Below, piece by piece: positions 40,001-53,433 of a DNA stretch of 64,000 bases. Source of the stretch: Blasia pusilla. Taxonomy: Eukaryota. Position numbers and translations under genes: made by a program. The first letter of the stretch is position 1. Every line of letters starts with the position of its first letter. The stretch is taken from positions 12,462,001-12,526,000 of the forward strand of contig CM114271.1 in the NCBI GenBank assembly GCA_050084515.1. The letters run 5' to 3'. Below the pieces are notes generated by a model, which was given only the letters and a program-made list of their open reading frames with translations, was not told where the DNA came from and did no database searches.

Positions 40001-43000
40001 TCAACACCAATGCCTACCAACAACTCCTCAGTTTCAGATCTGGTTCTTAAGATCTGGAGTTGGAACGTAAAAGCGTTTCAAACATTGGAAGGAAAGACAA
40101 TTTCCTTGGACACTACGGCTCGGTGACCGTTGATGGCAAAGACCGTGTGGGGGTAGAATTGTTTTCAACCTTTGTACATCACCATTCCTTGCCTAGTCTC
40201 GTGTCCACAAGGCCAATGCTCGACAACCTCATCTCCAGCATCACTACGTCACATCATTCATCTGAATTCACCTCCAAGTGCACGTGGATATTGGTTTCAC
40301 TCCATCCGGGGCCGAGTCACACATAAAACGATTTCCAGGCCCTCTACACTGCAATTGTTCGGTTCCATACTCTAGGAGCCATTAATGTGCATGTTGAAGA
40401 TCTAAAAGTTGGATCTCGTGAGCCTAGCCTATGGCATTATACTCACTCCCTGATCGACAGCGAAGAGACCGCGTCAAAATTGTCTTCTAATTAGCGCTGT
40501 TCTTGCAATGACGGAACTGTAAAAGTAGGACGGACTTGCGTTCATCCCAATGAGAAACTTAAAGCCAATTTTCTCCAGATTCCACCACAGAAAGTTCACT
40601 GTTGCTGATTAAAGACGCTGCAAGGTCGTGTTGCTGTACAAGCTTACGAGTAGTGCGAACTCAGGCTAATTCATTCTCCTGGCTGCGTTCTCTCCCGGCG
40701 CAGTGCGCCTCTATGTTATTTCCGCTAGGACAAGAATGGAAATAGACTGCATGGACAAAAGAGGATGAGAGGCAAATGCCTTCGTCCACTCAGTCCTCGT
40801 AATCCCCATTCTCCCACGACTGTGTATTACTCTAGTCGAATGGAGGGTCGATTGAGTTTCTTGATCTCGGGGGAAAGCTCCTAGCCTGTGGAAAACCGTC
40901 CTATGATTTGCTTTTGCATCGGGTGGGCACTTTTCGTCACCAGATTCAAGCTTCTGGGCTTGAATCATCCAAAAAGAACAAGACCCAGATTTCAGGCGTA
41001 CGACTCGCATATTTTTTCACAAAGAAGGGCTCGCATTTGTTCGGACATTAACAAGCATGGGCGTGGGGAATTGTCGCATGCCTAAGTTTTCCATTCATCG
41101 GGCCCTCAACAGCGAGATTTTTCCCAGCATTCAGTGGAGACAAAGCTCACACTTTTTCAATTTCCAGGACTCAGAACGAGCTGTTGGTAAGTTTCAAACG
41201 CTTTAGGGTTATGAAGGTTTATGTTCTCGAGCAATGGTCAGCGGTTGGTAAGAGATGCCACTTCTCTGGGACGAGACCGCCCCAATGTGAGCCTCCGATG
41301 TCTGGTTTTGTTCGGATCTCATGCGAGTTCAGCCAGTTCCGCTAGGCCGTGCTGTCGTCTGTCTCCGAGAGGGGGGAAGGGAATCCATCAGCACTGAGAT
41401 AAGTGACCTCATGAGATATGTCAAAAATTCATGAAGGTAACCTAAGTATGTGGTTTGGGCTTACAGAAGCTGGAATCAGTCACTCGCCATTTGAAGCCAG
41501 CTATGCATTTCAACCATTTTCTTTGGAACGTTTCTTTGCTGACTCTAAATTTTCTACACGCTGCTTTCAGTGGGTGTAAACTGGAACTCATAAAGAAGTG
41601 CCCCAAAGCTGCTTCAGCTGTACCGATGATCTATGGACCAACACACATGATGCAATGCCGTATCATGAAATTCTTCATTGTGTACAAGAGTCCATGGGAT
41701 CCGGAAGTTACTAAACTGTCTTCTGGCATGCACTCTGGTACCCTGCGCACCATCGAGTACGACGATTCAATATCCGTAATCACAACAGATGCGACAAACG
41801 ACGCTCTTGGTATTCTGTACGAGTCAATTGGCCCGGCGCTATTCCTTCCTCCACTAATCACCTCAGGACCAGATTTCAGAAGGCTGTGCTCGCGCCATAA
41901 GTCCGACGAAATCACTGTAATGCATGTCCGTGCACGGCAGGCCATATGTTGCGGCGCAAGCCTACTCCAGCGCGTACGACATCTCACCTCATTAGTCTCG
42001 AGGACGGCATCGGACTTTTCTGAGGCGCGCAGATCTGACAAGTGGGTAGTCGTAAGTCACGAAGAGAGAAGCCACATTAATATCTGCCTATTCATCCTCA
42101 AGTTTTCTAACCCTCATGCTTGCCAATCGCCATCGCATCAGGCGCGGATATCTTCGCCCTCACTCTGATGTGTGTCACGTCCGTTCTCGAATTCTTCATT
42201 CATTGCCCTGATTGCCCGAATCCATGGGGGCTTCTCACAATTCTGAATCCATAGTGGCACATTTATGTACGTGTGTGTGCGCATTCTTTGACGAGGGTAA
42301 TGTCTTAAGAAATTATCACTCGGGAGTCTCTGGCGTTTCCTGTTCGTAACAAAATTTGATTTCTTCATTAAAACTCGTATAGTCACTTGGAACTTGTATT
42401 TTTCAGCTTGTTTGTGTGCGTAGATGATAATTAGATGAAAGAGAGCCCGAGGATATAAAGTTAGTGCATTTCATAAGAACTTACATGCTGACACATGTTA
42501 ATTATCTAAAGGTTAAAAAGAGATTTTGATCCACAAAATATTACAATGGAATAATCATATCTACACAGAGTGGGCATACTAAATCTTTTTATTCTTTCAT
42601 GTTCTTGGGGTGATGGAGGTTATATCAAGGGGTTATATTCAACCAAGTAGCATATTCATAATCAAGTATTTGATATGGCTTTTAGGAAAAAAATTAAAAA
42701 AAATTACGGAATTTTTGGGTTTTTGGTTTCCATGTGACTTAAAGAATAGGTGTCATGTAAATGATGAGATGTCTTAAGAAAATTTGCAATTGAATATTCA
42801 GGATTTTTTCAAAAGAAAAAACATAACCGGGTTTTCTAAAAGACCAGATTTGTTGAAATTGGTATTATATTCAATTCATGTAAAACCTTGTATTCCACCA
42901 ACTTATGGAGGCAACGAATAATATGAAAGAATATTTATGGCAAGTACTCACATATGGAATTCACTTGAGAATACATCAATGTTTGGCCTATGATCCCTCT

Positions 43001-44538
43001 ACTGGTATTTTGCTTGAATTTACGATGTCTTTCTTTTTCCAATTTGTGTACTACATGGTTCTACCACAAGGCATAGAGGGCCATCCACTTATAGAGATTG
43101 CCAAGATTAAATCATATGCCTAGTCAAATTTTATTGTAGTCCACAAGTCATTGACATATGTAATCTAGCTCTAAGTCAAACCATAAGTTGGTTTGACTCT
43201 AAACTTTCAAGATCAGTATAAAGCCACATCAATACACATGGTCCAAGTTCAATACTCACAATTACCCTCTATAATGCCTTTCTTGGAAAGTAGATCATTA
43301 TGACCCCCCAATATAATAAATCACTAAGTCAAGTAGTGCATCGTATACTTTCCACATCCTATAACCTCACACTCTCAAACACTATAACTCCTCTAGCAAT
43401 GGCTCGGTGTAAGTATCCTAGACCGTGGCCAAGCTTGCATCATGCACATGCCTTTGGTTGGAGATTGACCACCATCTCAATCTCCAACCAAAAGCATACT
43501 TTTGCACCGGGTTGTAGAATGCTTTCTAGCCTAATTGACAATCCAAAGTGAATGGGGTGAAGAAAACGGATTTGTGTAAGAGAAGATTCCGACCAGACAG
43601 AAATGAAGTATTTAATAATACGGCAGGACATTATGACGAGTGAAAACTAGAGAAATTCCGCCGTAAGAAGAGAATTCGAAGATGAGAAAAGACACGCCTT
43701 TATTCATTAGTGGACATCCTTTACCACATCTTCCGGCTTATCTTGTTAGTACTCCGAACATCTGTATTCTCTCCCAACATGGTTGCAGCATAATTGAGGC
43801 AAATTCATGTCTTTTGGGATTCTTTATTAATTGTCTTCTACGACAATCAAACTCCACATGCTCTTTTGAGAAGACAATCTTCATCGCAACAATCTTCTGT
43901 CTCAAACAAAGTTGGTCACTTCAAAACATAAATCTTTCCAAGATAGGAGATTGCCCAAATTGTGTCAGTTGACATGCTCTAATTCCACAGAAGAGCTATG
44001 GAGACTGTTCTACTGCCGTCTTGGTTGATAAGTCCTACAGTTGACTGGCAAAACCCCTTCCAAGTAACAAAATCTACTATCTGTGTAATATTGATAACCC
44101 CTTCACAAACATCTCCTTCTGAGTCCTGTCTTGGGGATTCCAAAGTTCAGATAAACTGGATATACACTTGATTGTTGACTGCACTAGCAATTGAGAGTCC
44201 TTTCTCAGTTTGTTGCAGTTCTGCTGTGATCTTTCAAGAGTGTTATGTGTCTGCTTTGAGGAAAGATGATTGCCATCAAATGAAGTTCCTATTGAGATGT
44301 GCTCACTTTGTGGATACTAGTTGAAGGGCACTATAGTTGTCAGCAAGGCATGTCCCCTAGAGCACCGACACACGTGCCACATCAAGCTGTCATAAAGATG
44401 CACCATCTTGCCCAAACTCCCAGTTGGCGATCTAGCTCACCCCAGTAGTCTTTTTATACATAGTCACGCAGGAATCAAGCTAGACAATCGGTATGTACCA
44501 AGAACTGGCCCTATACCAACAGAAGATGTTCGCAGGGC

Positions 44539-47500
44539 TCATGTCCGTCGTTCAATATATGAACCCGAAAGTCCTGAAGTCCCGATGAGAGCAATCTGCA
44601 ACACACAAACAAAAATCAAGCTCAAATCCAGCAGAAGTTGCAAGTTTAATCATGTCGCAAAACCCTGTGTGGATTCTATAAAGGAGAAAGAGCACCCACT
44701 GGTTTGCACATTCAGAAGCAGTGAGGATCTTGTCCGAAACCAGCAGTTTGGGGTACAACCTACTGCTAACAACTTGAGTATGGCGGATGTTGACAAGGAT
44801 CCATAGGGTTGGGTTCTAGAAGCCTTTATGAGATGTGACATATACACCAAGGGCAGTCAGGTCGACAGCAAACACCTCCAAAATGGTGAGTCTCTATGTT
44901 GATCACCCTGACTAAGATAGGAAAAAGTTAAAGCTCTCTCCTTCTAGGTGATGCTGATTTCTGATTTTCATGTCACAACATGTGTCTTCTTGATGTTTCA
45001 AGCTTCACATCTTCAATATCATCGAGACCACTTGAGGACCTCGCCGAAATGTGCTTTGGTTCAATATATCACATTTAGTATACAATCTAGTCACCAACGG
45101 GCAAAAAGCTCATGGGATTATCTTCTGACGACTTCATCTCACCACGATGAAGTACAGAAAAATAGACAATTTCCTTCCACATTTTGACAGGTGAAGACAG
45201 GTTTGAATTAGACAGGCCAAGCATGACCTTGGAATAGTCCAAGAAAAAAGAGCAAAACTGACAAACTGGGCATAGGGCTCCAAACAAGCAATAGCAGTTC
45301 ACAACTGCTGAACGCTTACCTTTCCCCATTCAGGTCCTAGCCCACTGCATCGCATCTTGATTTGCACAAAAATACCTCCCAGTTCATGTTCCACCTTTCT
45401 CTTTAGAAATTCTTCGTGTTCGCCAAATGATTCCAGATAGGTTTGGTATTTGTTGATTGCTGAGTTAAGTGCCCTCAGCAGAGCCTCTGGCATTCTTCCT
45501 ACATTCTGCACAAAGAGTATGAGACTAACTCAGGAACATACATAAGAAATTTTGTAGCTTTTGCCAACAGAAATCCTGTCCACCATTCAATCTTACCAGA
45601 AGGGCAGATTTAAAACTGAAGGGTGTCTTACCAACTAGTTCATGGTATACCAGTTATTCAGATTAATATTCTTGAGCCCCTGTGCCTACACTAACAAGAA
45701 ATAGATTGACAACGGGCATACAGGAGCGATTTGATTTCAGACCTCTCCCCCTGCACCACTCAGCTCGTCAAGTTCCATTCTCAGATATGTAAGGGTATCG
45801 GCAAACTTCTCAACAGCCAACGCTGAAGACCAACAGGTTGAGAGGATCCCATCAGCTCCTTTTGCTAATGCATTTTCAACCACATCAGTCACATCTTTCT
45901 CAATTTTGGACCAGTTTGTGGCCAAAAGTGCATTCAATGCTGCATTGGCAGCCGGATCTGAGAGCTTAGGCAGTTCGGTGATGTCTGAGCTCATGCACCT
46001 CACTCTAAACCGTGCCTTTGATGCTGGAGATATTCTTGTCCTGAATGGAAAAACTGCACACCAAGAATTCAATGACGCACATTAAAGTTTAAGTGACCAG
46101 CGGAGGTGTTTTGGGAGTGCCCTCCAGCAAAATGACTGTACAAATCTTCGTACACATCTTAACATCTGGCCCTTGCATGCTCATTTTGGACTACCTTGTT
46201 GAAGCTAGGCAAAATACCCCTTTCAAGAATCTTTCATTTAGTATACTAATAACCTTCTCTGTAATCTAGACAACGCTGGGAAATCTAAAAGCTCGCTGAC
46301 CATGTCCAGGAACGGCTCCTCTGGAGCCATGTGTGTTAGAAAGAAAATGTCCCGCAATAAAATTACAAAACCCCAACATAGCAAAAGTTCTAGACTTCTG
46401 GGTCTGCAGTTTCGGACTTGTGGAGTTACAGATAAACAGCGCTTCCTGACTTGAGGGTACTTTAAGAGTCTTGGCGGCAATCTACAAAATTTCATCTGAT
46501 GCAGATACTTTTCCAGTCGATTTCGAGGAAATATTGTCAACAAACAGAAGCGCGGTTGTCTACGATGTCGACCAACAAGAAAATAGGTGATACCAGGGTA
46601 TGATTCGTTAGGCCACAGATCGAAGTGAAAAAAACGTCCGAAGAGCCAGTCCCTGAAGAAACTAAATCCACACGTTACCTGACAATCCAGCTCCTTACTG
46701 AGTTGGATCGATTTGACAAGGTGCGTATCTGAAACCGTGGATAGTGATTGAGCAGCCACTTTTTCACTTCCCAGCACTCCTTTAGATTTCTCATATTATT
46801 AACAAATATATCAGCGCACCTCGACTACGGACGACACCATTTAAGATAAAAATCTCGGCAGGAACGTGTCCTGAGAAGAAAACACTTTCCAACGGCTTGT
46901 TAGCTTCGATTCGAAGACATAATCGAAGCCTCCAAGGGCATCTCAAATGGCCTACACGGATTTTTAACACAGACAAGGTATTCCGGCAGTGCAACTATCA
47001 ACATGCTTATCGGTGAGCTGGAACTGGAAATCCGTTCGGTGCATTTGAGCCGCAAGTTGTTCAGTCACAATGATGGAATAGCTGGAGAAGGACGGAGGAA
47101 CAGATGTCGTTGTAAGGGTTTGGTTTGCAGTGATCACCTCCGCTTTACCAGAGGAACTCTCTTAAAGTCCGACACAAAAAGGCCACTATAACTGATGGAG
47201 CTCTTGATACATTTAGGTGGAGTTGCCAAGGCATTTTCTCGTTGAGATCAAAGAAACAGGAGATGAAGGTAATTAAGTAGAATTCGTTCTGAGAAATCAC
47301 TAAAATGAGTCATACTTAAACGATAGGAACCAGTCCCATCATCTGGCAATCAGTTGATTACGGATAGCGAACGAGGATGGTACCACAAAAGGGAGGAAAA
47401 TATCGCTATCTGGGACGGAAAACAAAGGGGGAAAAAGAAGAAAAAGAAAAAGAGGACGAAGACGAAGACGAAGACGAGAAACATAGATAAAAATTGAATC

Positions 47501-47832
47501 CAATTCTCGCTGGCTGAGATTTCCACTTGGCTCAGCACATGCAGCACGCTTCATCATGAAAAGCTTTCATATTTCTTTCATTTTATAACATCTTCGACAT
47601 GAGCGAGCAAACCTGGACTTGAACCCGAAAGCCTTCCATCGGGACTCCTCTCAACTCTCATCGGCTAGGGACCGAGATCACACTCACCCGTGTAACTTCC
47701 GGTACGGCATCCATCGGCCGATTGCGAGGTGTGCATCCTAGCGGAGCCAGCCAAAACGCGCGCAGCCTCATGGTAGACACGAGACATCCGCAAAGCCCGA
47801 CTCGCTACTCCTCTCACAACAGCCACCGCCAT
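44539..47832 (-). CDS. SDH5: Mitochondrial succinate dehydrogenase subunit 5 (plant-specific complex II subunit)
   Basis: Exons (minus): 47832-47688, 46053-45743, 45505-45320, 44595-44539, all GT-AG and in phase. Arg/Ala/Ser-rich presequence; C-terminus KMRCSGLGPEWGK|IALIGTSGLSGSYIERRT* matches plant SDH5. The exon 2 acceptor, or an extra small exon, is uncertain. Confidence 0.92.
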
Positions 47833-48140
47833 GACCGTTTCTACCTTCCTCCCGTCTCCAATCCACGATCCAAACGCACAGAAATCTCTCGGTCTCACAC
47901 ACAATTCCTCACGACTATCCTCTCTCCGATCCCACTGCCTCGTCCGTCCTCGGATCCAGCTCTGCTCTCTGCGGGTCTTTCTCCTGCACTCCTGCGTCCC
48001 GATGATGCGTCTCTACATTCCGATCCACCCGCGATCTTACCCGGCATGGCCTCGCACAGTAACGCAAAGAAAACAGCCCAAAGCTACAGACACTACAATC
48101 GGCCTCTCGCATGGATGACTTTTAGCTACACCTCTCGCAA

Positions 48141-48147
48141 AGGCCCA
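48141..48147. promoter_or_regulatory. Site II-like element (AGGCCCA) upstream of SDH5
   Basis: TGGGCY motif ~310 bp upstream of the ATG. Such motifs are common in plant respiratory-chain gene promoters, but one short hit is weak evidence. Confidence 0.25.
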
Positions 48148-48249
48148 CGCATGGGTCACACCGAGAGAGAGTGACGATGGGTGCTGCGCCGTCTGGTTGG
48201 GGATTCTAATAAGAAGGGACCAAACATAGCAGAGCATACGGGTTACTCT

Positions 48250-49780
48250 TATTCACACCCACAGTATTATAATAACAAACTTCGAAAGAGGACAAAGAAA
48301 GATAATAACATAGAAGAGAATGTAAAAAGAAAATGGTAACAGCTAACTCAACGAGTTGCACGAATTGATAACTTGAAACAAATCTGATAAGAATTCTAGT
48401 TGGTAAGATGTGAACGGACGACGAGACGAGCGATCCCCTACTACTTCCGCATGACATATCAATGCCAAAGCTTGTGCACATTGTAAGGCCACTGAGATAC
48501 AATGCCGAAAAATAAGTAGTGATTATAGAGAGAGAATGACTACGGGAAGGGGCAACGTGATGATTCTTGAAGGAGTGGTGAGCAAACATTTTCAAGAAAG
48601 TATCAAAAAACACATGTAAATGACCGAAAACTTCCATTGCAAAAGGAATAAATCCATCAATCGCATGTCTCACACCCTAAACTGAACTCCTTGATTCTTG
48701 TTGTTGATTCGGCCGCTGAACCTTTGGTATGTGCAACTCCACACACCAAGTCAGAACGTGTTGGATCAGCAACCACCACATCACCTAGTATTTGGAATCT
48801 ACCTCAAGACATAACAAGATCAACTCTTCGACGAGAGGTTGCGTGTGTAGTTGAAGGTAGGACATGGAGTTGTTCTTGCCCAACGGTGTACCCAGCAATA
48901 CGAGCCACCGATGCTACTGCCTTTCTAATCACATCATGTGTGGCCGTTCGTTCTCCACCATGTGCACATCGGAGAATATGGATACCCTTTGCATTAATGG
49001 GATCTCCGCACATACACACTCGACAGAGAAGGATGAGAAAGTCCAAGGCGTAACCCCAAAGTTGTTGAGAATGTACTTCAAGGAAGACAAAATGGAAGAA
49101 TAAGAGGATTTGCAATAAACCATGCCTCTGCTCCTCTACCCACATATGAACGCAAACAAGCTCGATGAGCGTCAAAGGATGCCTCGCAGAGAATGCTCGA
49201 AAAGTTGAATTGGTGCAAATTCTAGGAGATATGCTCTTGAAGTCGATCAAGCCCTTCCATAATCTATTGACTGAAAGGTGGTAGAATTTTTTGTGTAGCG
49301 TGAGGAAGAAGAGTTTGGCCAGATCTCAATTGTTGTTGAAATAACAAGTCCCCCTCCTCTATATGAGCGACATGATCCATCAAGAAAGGTGTATCTCCTT
49401 GGAGAAACCTTGAAGCCATAATCGGTGCAACCAATGCCCGACTCCTTATAAATGGAGCATATGCGACTGTGGAGAAAAGCTCCACCCCTCCAAAAGAAAT
49501 ACGCAAGATATTTTGTCATAAAGCCAAGACACCATCCTCTCCCTCAAATGTATTTGGACCAAGAAGTTGACCAAAAGTTGCCAAGATAGAAGCGTCAAAA
49601 GAGGCCAACTGATGTAAGAACGCTCAAATAGGACCAAACATTGATATCTATGGGATCTCGCACTAATCTTTTCTAATGGGAAAAGCAATGCTTGTTGGGT
49701 GATGGGGCGAAGACCAATAGGAATGCAAATGTAAAGTTTAGGACAAGTGAGACGTACGTGGATGGAAAGAGCTAACCTTA
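48250..49780 (-). mobile_element. 3' fragment of a non-LTR retrotransposon with restriction-like endonuclease (CRE-like)
   Basis: CMCGDPINAKGIHILRCAHGGERTATHD (CCHC plus RHD-like motif), RRVDLV, FIPFAMEVFG, and an upstream thumb-like AYAPFIRSRALVAP. Frameshifted and 5'-truncated. Confidence 0.8.
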
Positions 49781-50418
49781 AGCAACCCTTATGACTCTAT
49801 AGCAAATTTCTCCTTTTAATTCTCCCATTAAAATTAAAATTCTTCATAAATGCCAATGCGCTTAGGAACCCTAAAGCGAGGAAAAAGTATTTTCCCCCTT
49901 TCTTACCTCTAATATTATTCTTTCTCTTAAGTAAAATTGACACATGTTAAGGTCAATAATAAAGAAGCCATATGTCAACACCTTGAATAGGGCTTATGTG
50001 ATCCCATCCTCTGTCAATAGCATAGATTCATTGATTCTCGACATATTATGGGGTTGGCTTCGATTGACACATGTGAGTGCGGCAAGGAAAAAAAATCGAG
50101 CACAATTCACTACTTTTACCAAGGACAATTCACTACTTTACGGAGTACAATTCACTACTTTTATCAAGGATTGTTATTACATGCAATGAATGGGTGATGC
50201 CTTCTCATAATTGTCGATAGGAGAAAAAATATAGGGGAAAAATATATGACATGAAAAAAAAGGATGGGGTATACCGAGGCCACGCATGATATTTCCTTGA
50301 AATGAAGAGACCAAACCTTTGAAAATCTGACCTTACCAACAACAAGCAACAAAACATAACAGCTAGCAAGAGGGGCTCTAACAATGGAGTCTCCCACAAC
50401 ATAGGTTTAGGTGCATTA

Positions 50419-50892
50419 TGTCGTGCGAATCCACATCGTCATACAACATACATCGCTGACATACCATACTCACATACATACATAACATAGACGAGAGCAT
50501 CCACAAACATAAGTGTACCACAACTGAAGTCCGTGAAAGATCTACTGTCATAAAACACGTATAGAATCACATACAATCGAGCCAAACCCACTCCACGATG
50601 GGAGAATCTAGGTCGAAGCTTGCGGGAAACACCATAGCCAAGAGCTCTACTCACTACCAAGGCTAACTCCCAATGCAACAAGCTCAACTCAAAGAACTGA
50701 CTGTTCTTTGGATGCACTCCACACTATATCCTCCAACCTAAGAGCGGGCCCTACTGGGAAAGTCACCCCCAACTGAGTAACCCCCAACTCTATGTATGAA
50801 ACCGCATTTCTACCTAGCCACTACGATCCTACATAAGGTATGGCCTCTACTAGCACACTATACTCTACGACATAATCCGTATGGTCATGACA
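50419..50892 (-). mobile_element. Solo terminal repeat (A+B type) related to the DNMT-Gypsy element
   Basis: Minus strand ends GTCAGCGATGTATGTTGTATGACGATGTGGATTCGCACGACA, which aligns without gaps to the end of B2 (34420-34461). It starts TGTCAT (alternative start TGTCGT at 50872). TSD ambiguous. Confidence 0.65.
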
Positions 50893-52135
50893 TTATCCTA
50901 TGACGGAAACTCGTTGTCTACAATTTAATATCACAATAGTTAAATATAACCAAATCTTGAGTGGAGAAGATGAGTACACTTGGTAATAAAAACATCAAAC
51001 CTCTCAATTTTTTCTTGACAATCACATTAAAGCTTCTATTTGCAAATTTCTAGTTAGGATTAAAACTTATCTTGTCTTTTAGCGGAAGGGTTCAAAGACC
51101 GTATAACTCTTTTAAGATATATGGTGCTTTTCACAAAATGAAAATTTAAAAAATGTGATTTAATTTCATGAAAATTTACCTTTGTAAATTTTACCGACTA
51201 ATTTTTCCAATCATTTGTTAGCCATGCATTTTTTTAATTATAAAATAATAGAATTTGCATCCCACCAACCATTCAACTTGCATGTTAAGAAAGAGATGAA
51301 TGTCAAAAGAAAATTATCTTAGCATTGAAATGTGAGTTTTACATTAAATTTTCTTCTTGTAACTTTAATACCCTTAGTAGGATATCTCTTGAGAGAGGAA
51401 TATATGACATGAATCCATAGGAAGTACAATGAGGGGCCCCCTTTGAGACCGGGATACACCCGAGTTGGGGTGTAGAAAATAGGGGGAACCCCCCTAAGGG
51501 CCTTATCCCATGAGCACTCGCGGAGGTCACGGCGATCCCTTTTCTGCGACCAAAACGGTTATCTACTTGTATGTGGAGAAAAGACTCTTGGTCTCACCTA
51601 AGTACTTCCGGTCTTCCGTTAAATAAGGTCTCGAGGACGCTGGACCAATTGTACGTCCAAAAGTTTTGAGCGCAGGAAACTCAGCGACCGTCTATGATCG
51701 TTGCGACCTTGCGCGCATGGAATCAAGCCCTAAAGTAACCTAGTCTAGGCTCATGACATAATCTCGGGTTTCTAACTAGTACTCAAGTAACTAATATCTA
51801 TGGAGAGTTTTGGAGCCGCTGATTGTTCTCTTTATGTTGAAGCCACTAACTAAAGTCAAACATTGTTGGAGAGTTTCGAAGCACCTTTCTAGGGTGACTA
51901 GACAAATCCTATTGGGCGACTGAATAGAAGTCTCACTTGGGGCCTTTTACGTGTTACGAGTATTTTCATTTCAAACCAAAAAATTAAAACTGAAAACTTG
52001 TATGACTAGGAAAGAAAAGAAGAAGAAGAAGAAGTCCTGTTTTATCATGATTAGATCATGCACCGTAACCCTAAACGAGACACCTTCCGAACAATTATGC
52101 AGTAACCACTAGTTGAGACGCCACAATACTATGAA

Positions 52136-52228
52136 TGGGGCAGGGGCGTGGCATCGCGGGTCGGGGTGGTCGCAGGCCAGGCCGGGCCAGGCCGGGCCGG
52201 GCCGGGCCGGGCAGGGCAGGGCAGGGCA
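52136..52228. repeat. GC-rich pentanucleotide repeats (GGCCG/GGGCA)
   Basis: Direct reading; lies upstream of the RING1 5' region. Confidence 0.85.
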
Positions 52229-53433
52229 TGATACCAACGGTTAAGAGGTTGAATTTAACTTTAACTAAACTGTAGCGATGTAGTAAAGTGATGGGATGCG
52301 ATTGCGCACTAATGTGATGGAATGCAATGTAATGAAAGCTAACGGAGCAGTATGTGCGCGAGAGTGTGTGTGTGAAAGAGGGAGAGAGTGAGAGTGTGCG
52401 CGGGTGGAGGAAGTGTGAAGGCAGGTGAGGCGAGGAGAGAGAAGGCGGAGGAGGGGCAGGAAAGGGATAAATTCGCGGAGGAAATGGAAATTGGGTCGCT
52501 GTAGTTGTTTTTTTCGTATGTATGATCGTCGAATTGCAGGGAAGCTCACGCTGAGCGAGGCAGCGAGAGAGCACAGCTGCAGCGAGGGGAAGCGCCAGGA
52601 GACGCATTATGAGAAGAGCGGAGGACAGATCGAAGGAAGAATGTGCGAGGGGAGGGTTGGAGCGTGGGATTAGTGAAGAGGGAGAGCTGTGGGGAGGAGT
52701 ATTTTTTTATTTTGTGGAGTGTGGACAGTTGGATCCTCGAGGTGAGTGGCAGGAAGCGACCCTGAACCGTGGACAAAGAAACGCTGCGAATGGTGGTCGC
52801 ACGATCACGGAGAGGAGAGCTAGTGGGGTCTGAGGACGCAATATTGATGTAGAGCGGAAGGAGATGGACAGAAAGTATGGACTTTCGTTGGGATTGAGAC
52901 CCAGGACGAGGCGCTAAAGAAGAGCAGGAGCGGAGGAAGAAGTCGAAGAAAAATTACGTTTCGAATTGAGATCCTGGAGTAGCAAAGGAGACGAGAGCAT
53001 TGACTGGCCTGCGTGCGTATTGTGGTGCGGGTGGATGAAATATATACAAGTACGCAGGCCTCCCTTAGGATTGGGAATCGAGAGGAAAGAATTGGGTCGG
53101 ATGAGAGTACTACAGTGTACATTTTGTATTTGACTGGATTACGCAACGGCAATGGCAGCTCAGAAGCTCTTCAAGTCCGACCCTTGGTCAGCGTTCCTCA
53201 TCACCACTTCGCTCTTCTTACTCGTCGGTCCATGATATCATCCATAATAAATCAGCCGCGCTGGCTCCCGATATACAACCACGTAATTTGAATTGGGTTG
53301 ACAGGAGTAGTGCTAATTCGATAGCTGGGCACAGTTGCAGATCCAAGTAGCTTGCGATCATACACAAATTGGAGCTGGCGAGTGATAAATTCTGCGAGGG
53401 AGCGTCGCAACTTCGTTTCGTTCATTGCATGAA

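Noticed and set aside
41455-42168. 237-aa ORF and its antisense ORF
   Set aside because: Non-ATG start, no recognisable domain and no supporting splice structure.
46238-46777. 179-aa ORF
   Set aside because: Lies inside SDH5 intron 1, has a non-ATG start and no recognisable motif.
52095-52833. Overlapping Pro/Arg/Gly-rich ORFs
   Set aside because: Products of GC-rich and purine-rich simple repeats in the RING1 upstream/leader region.
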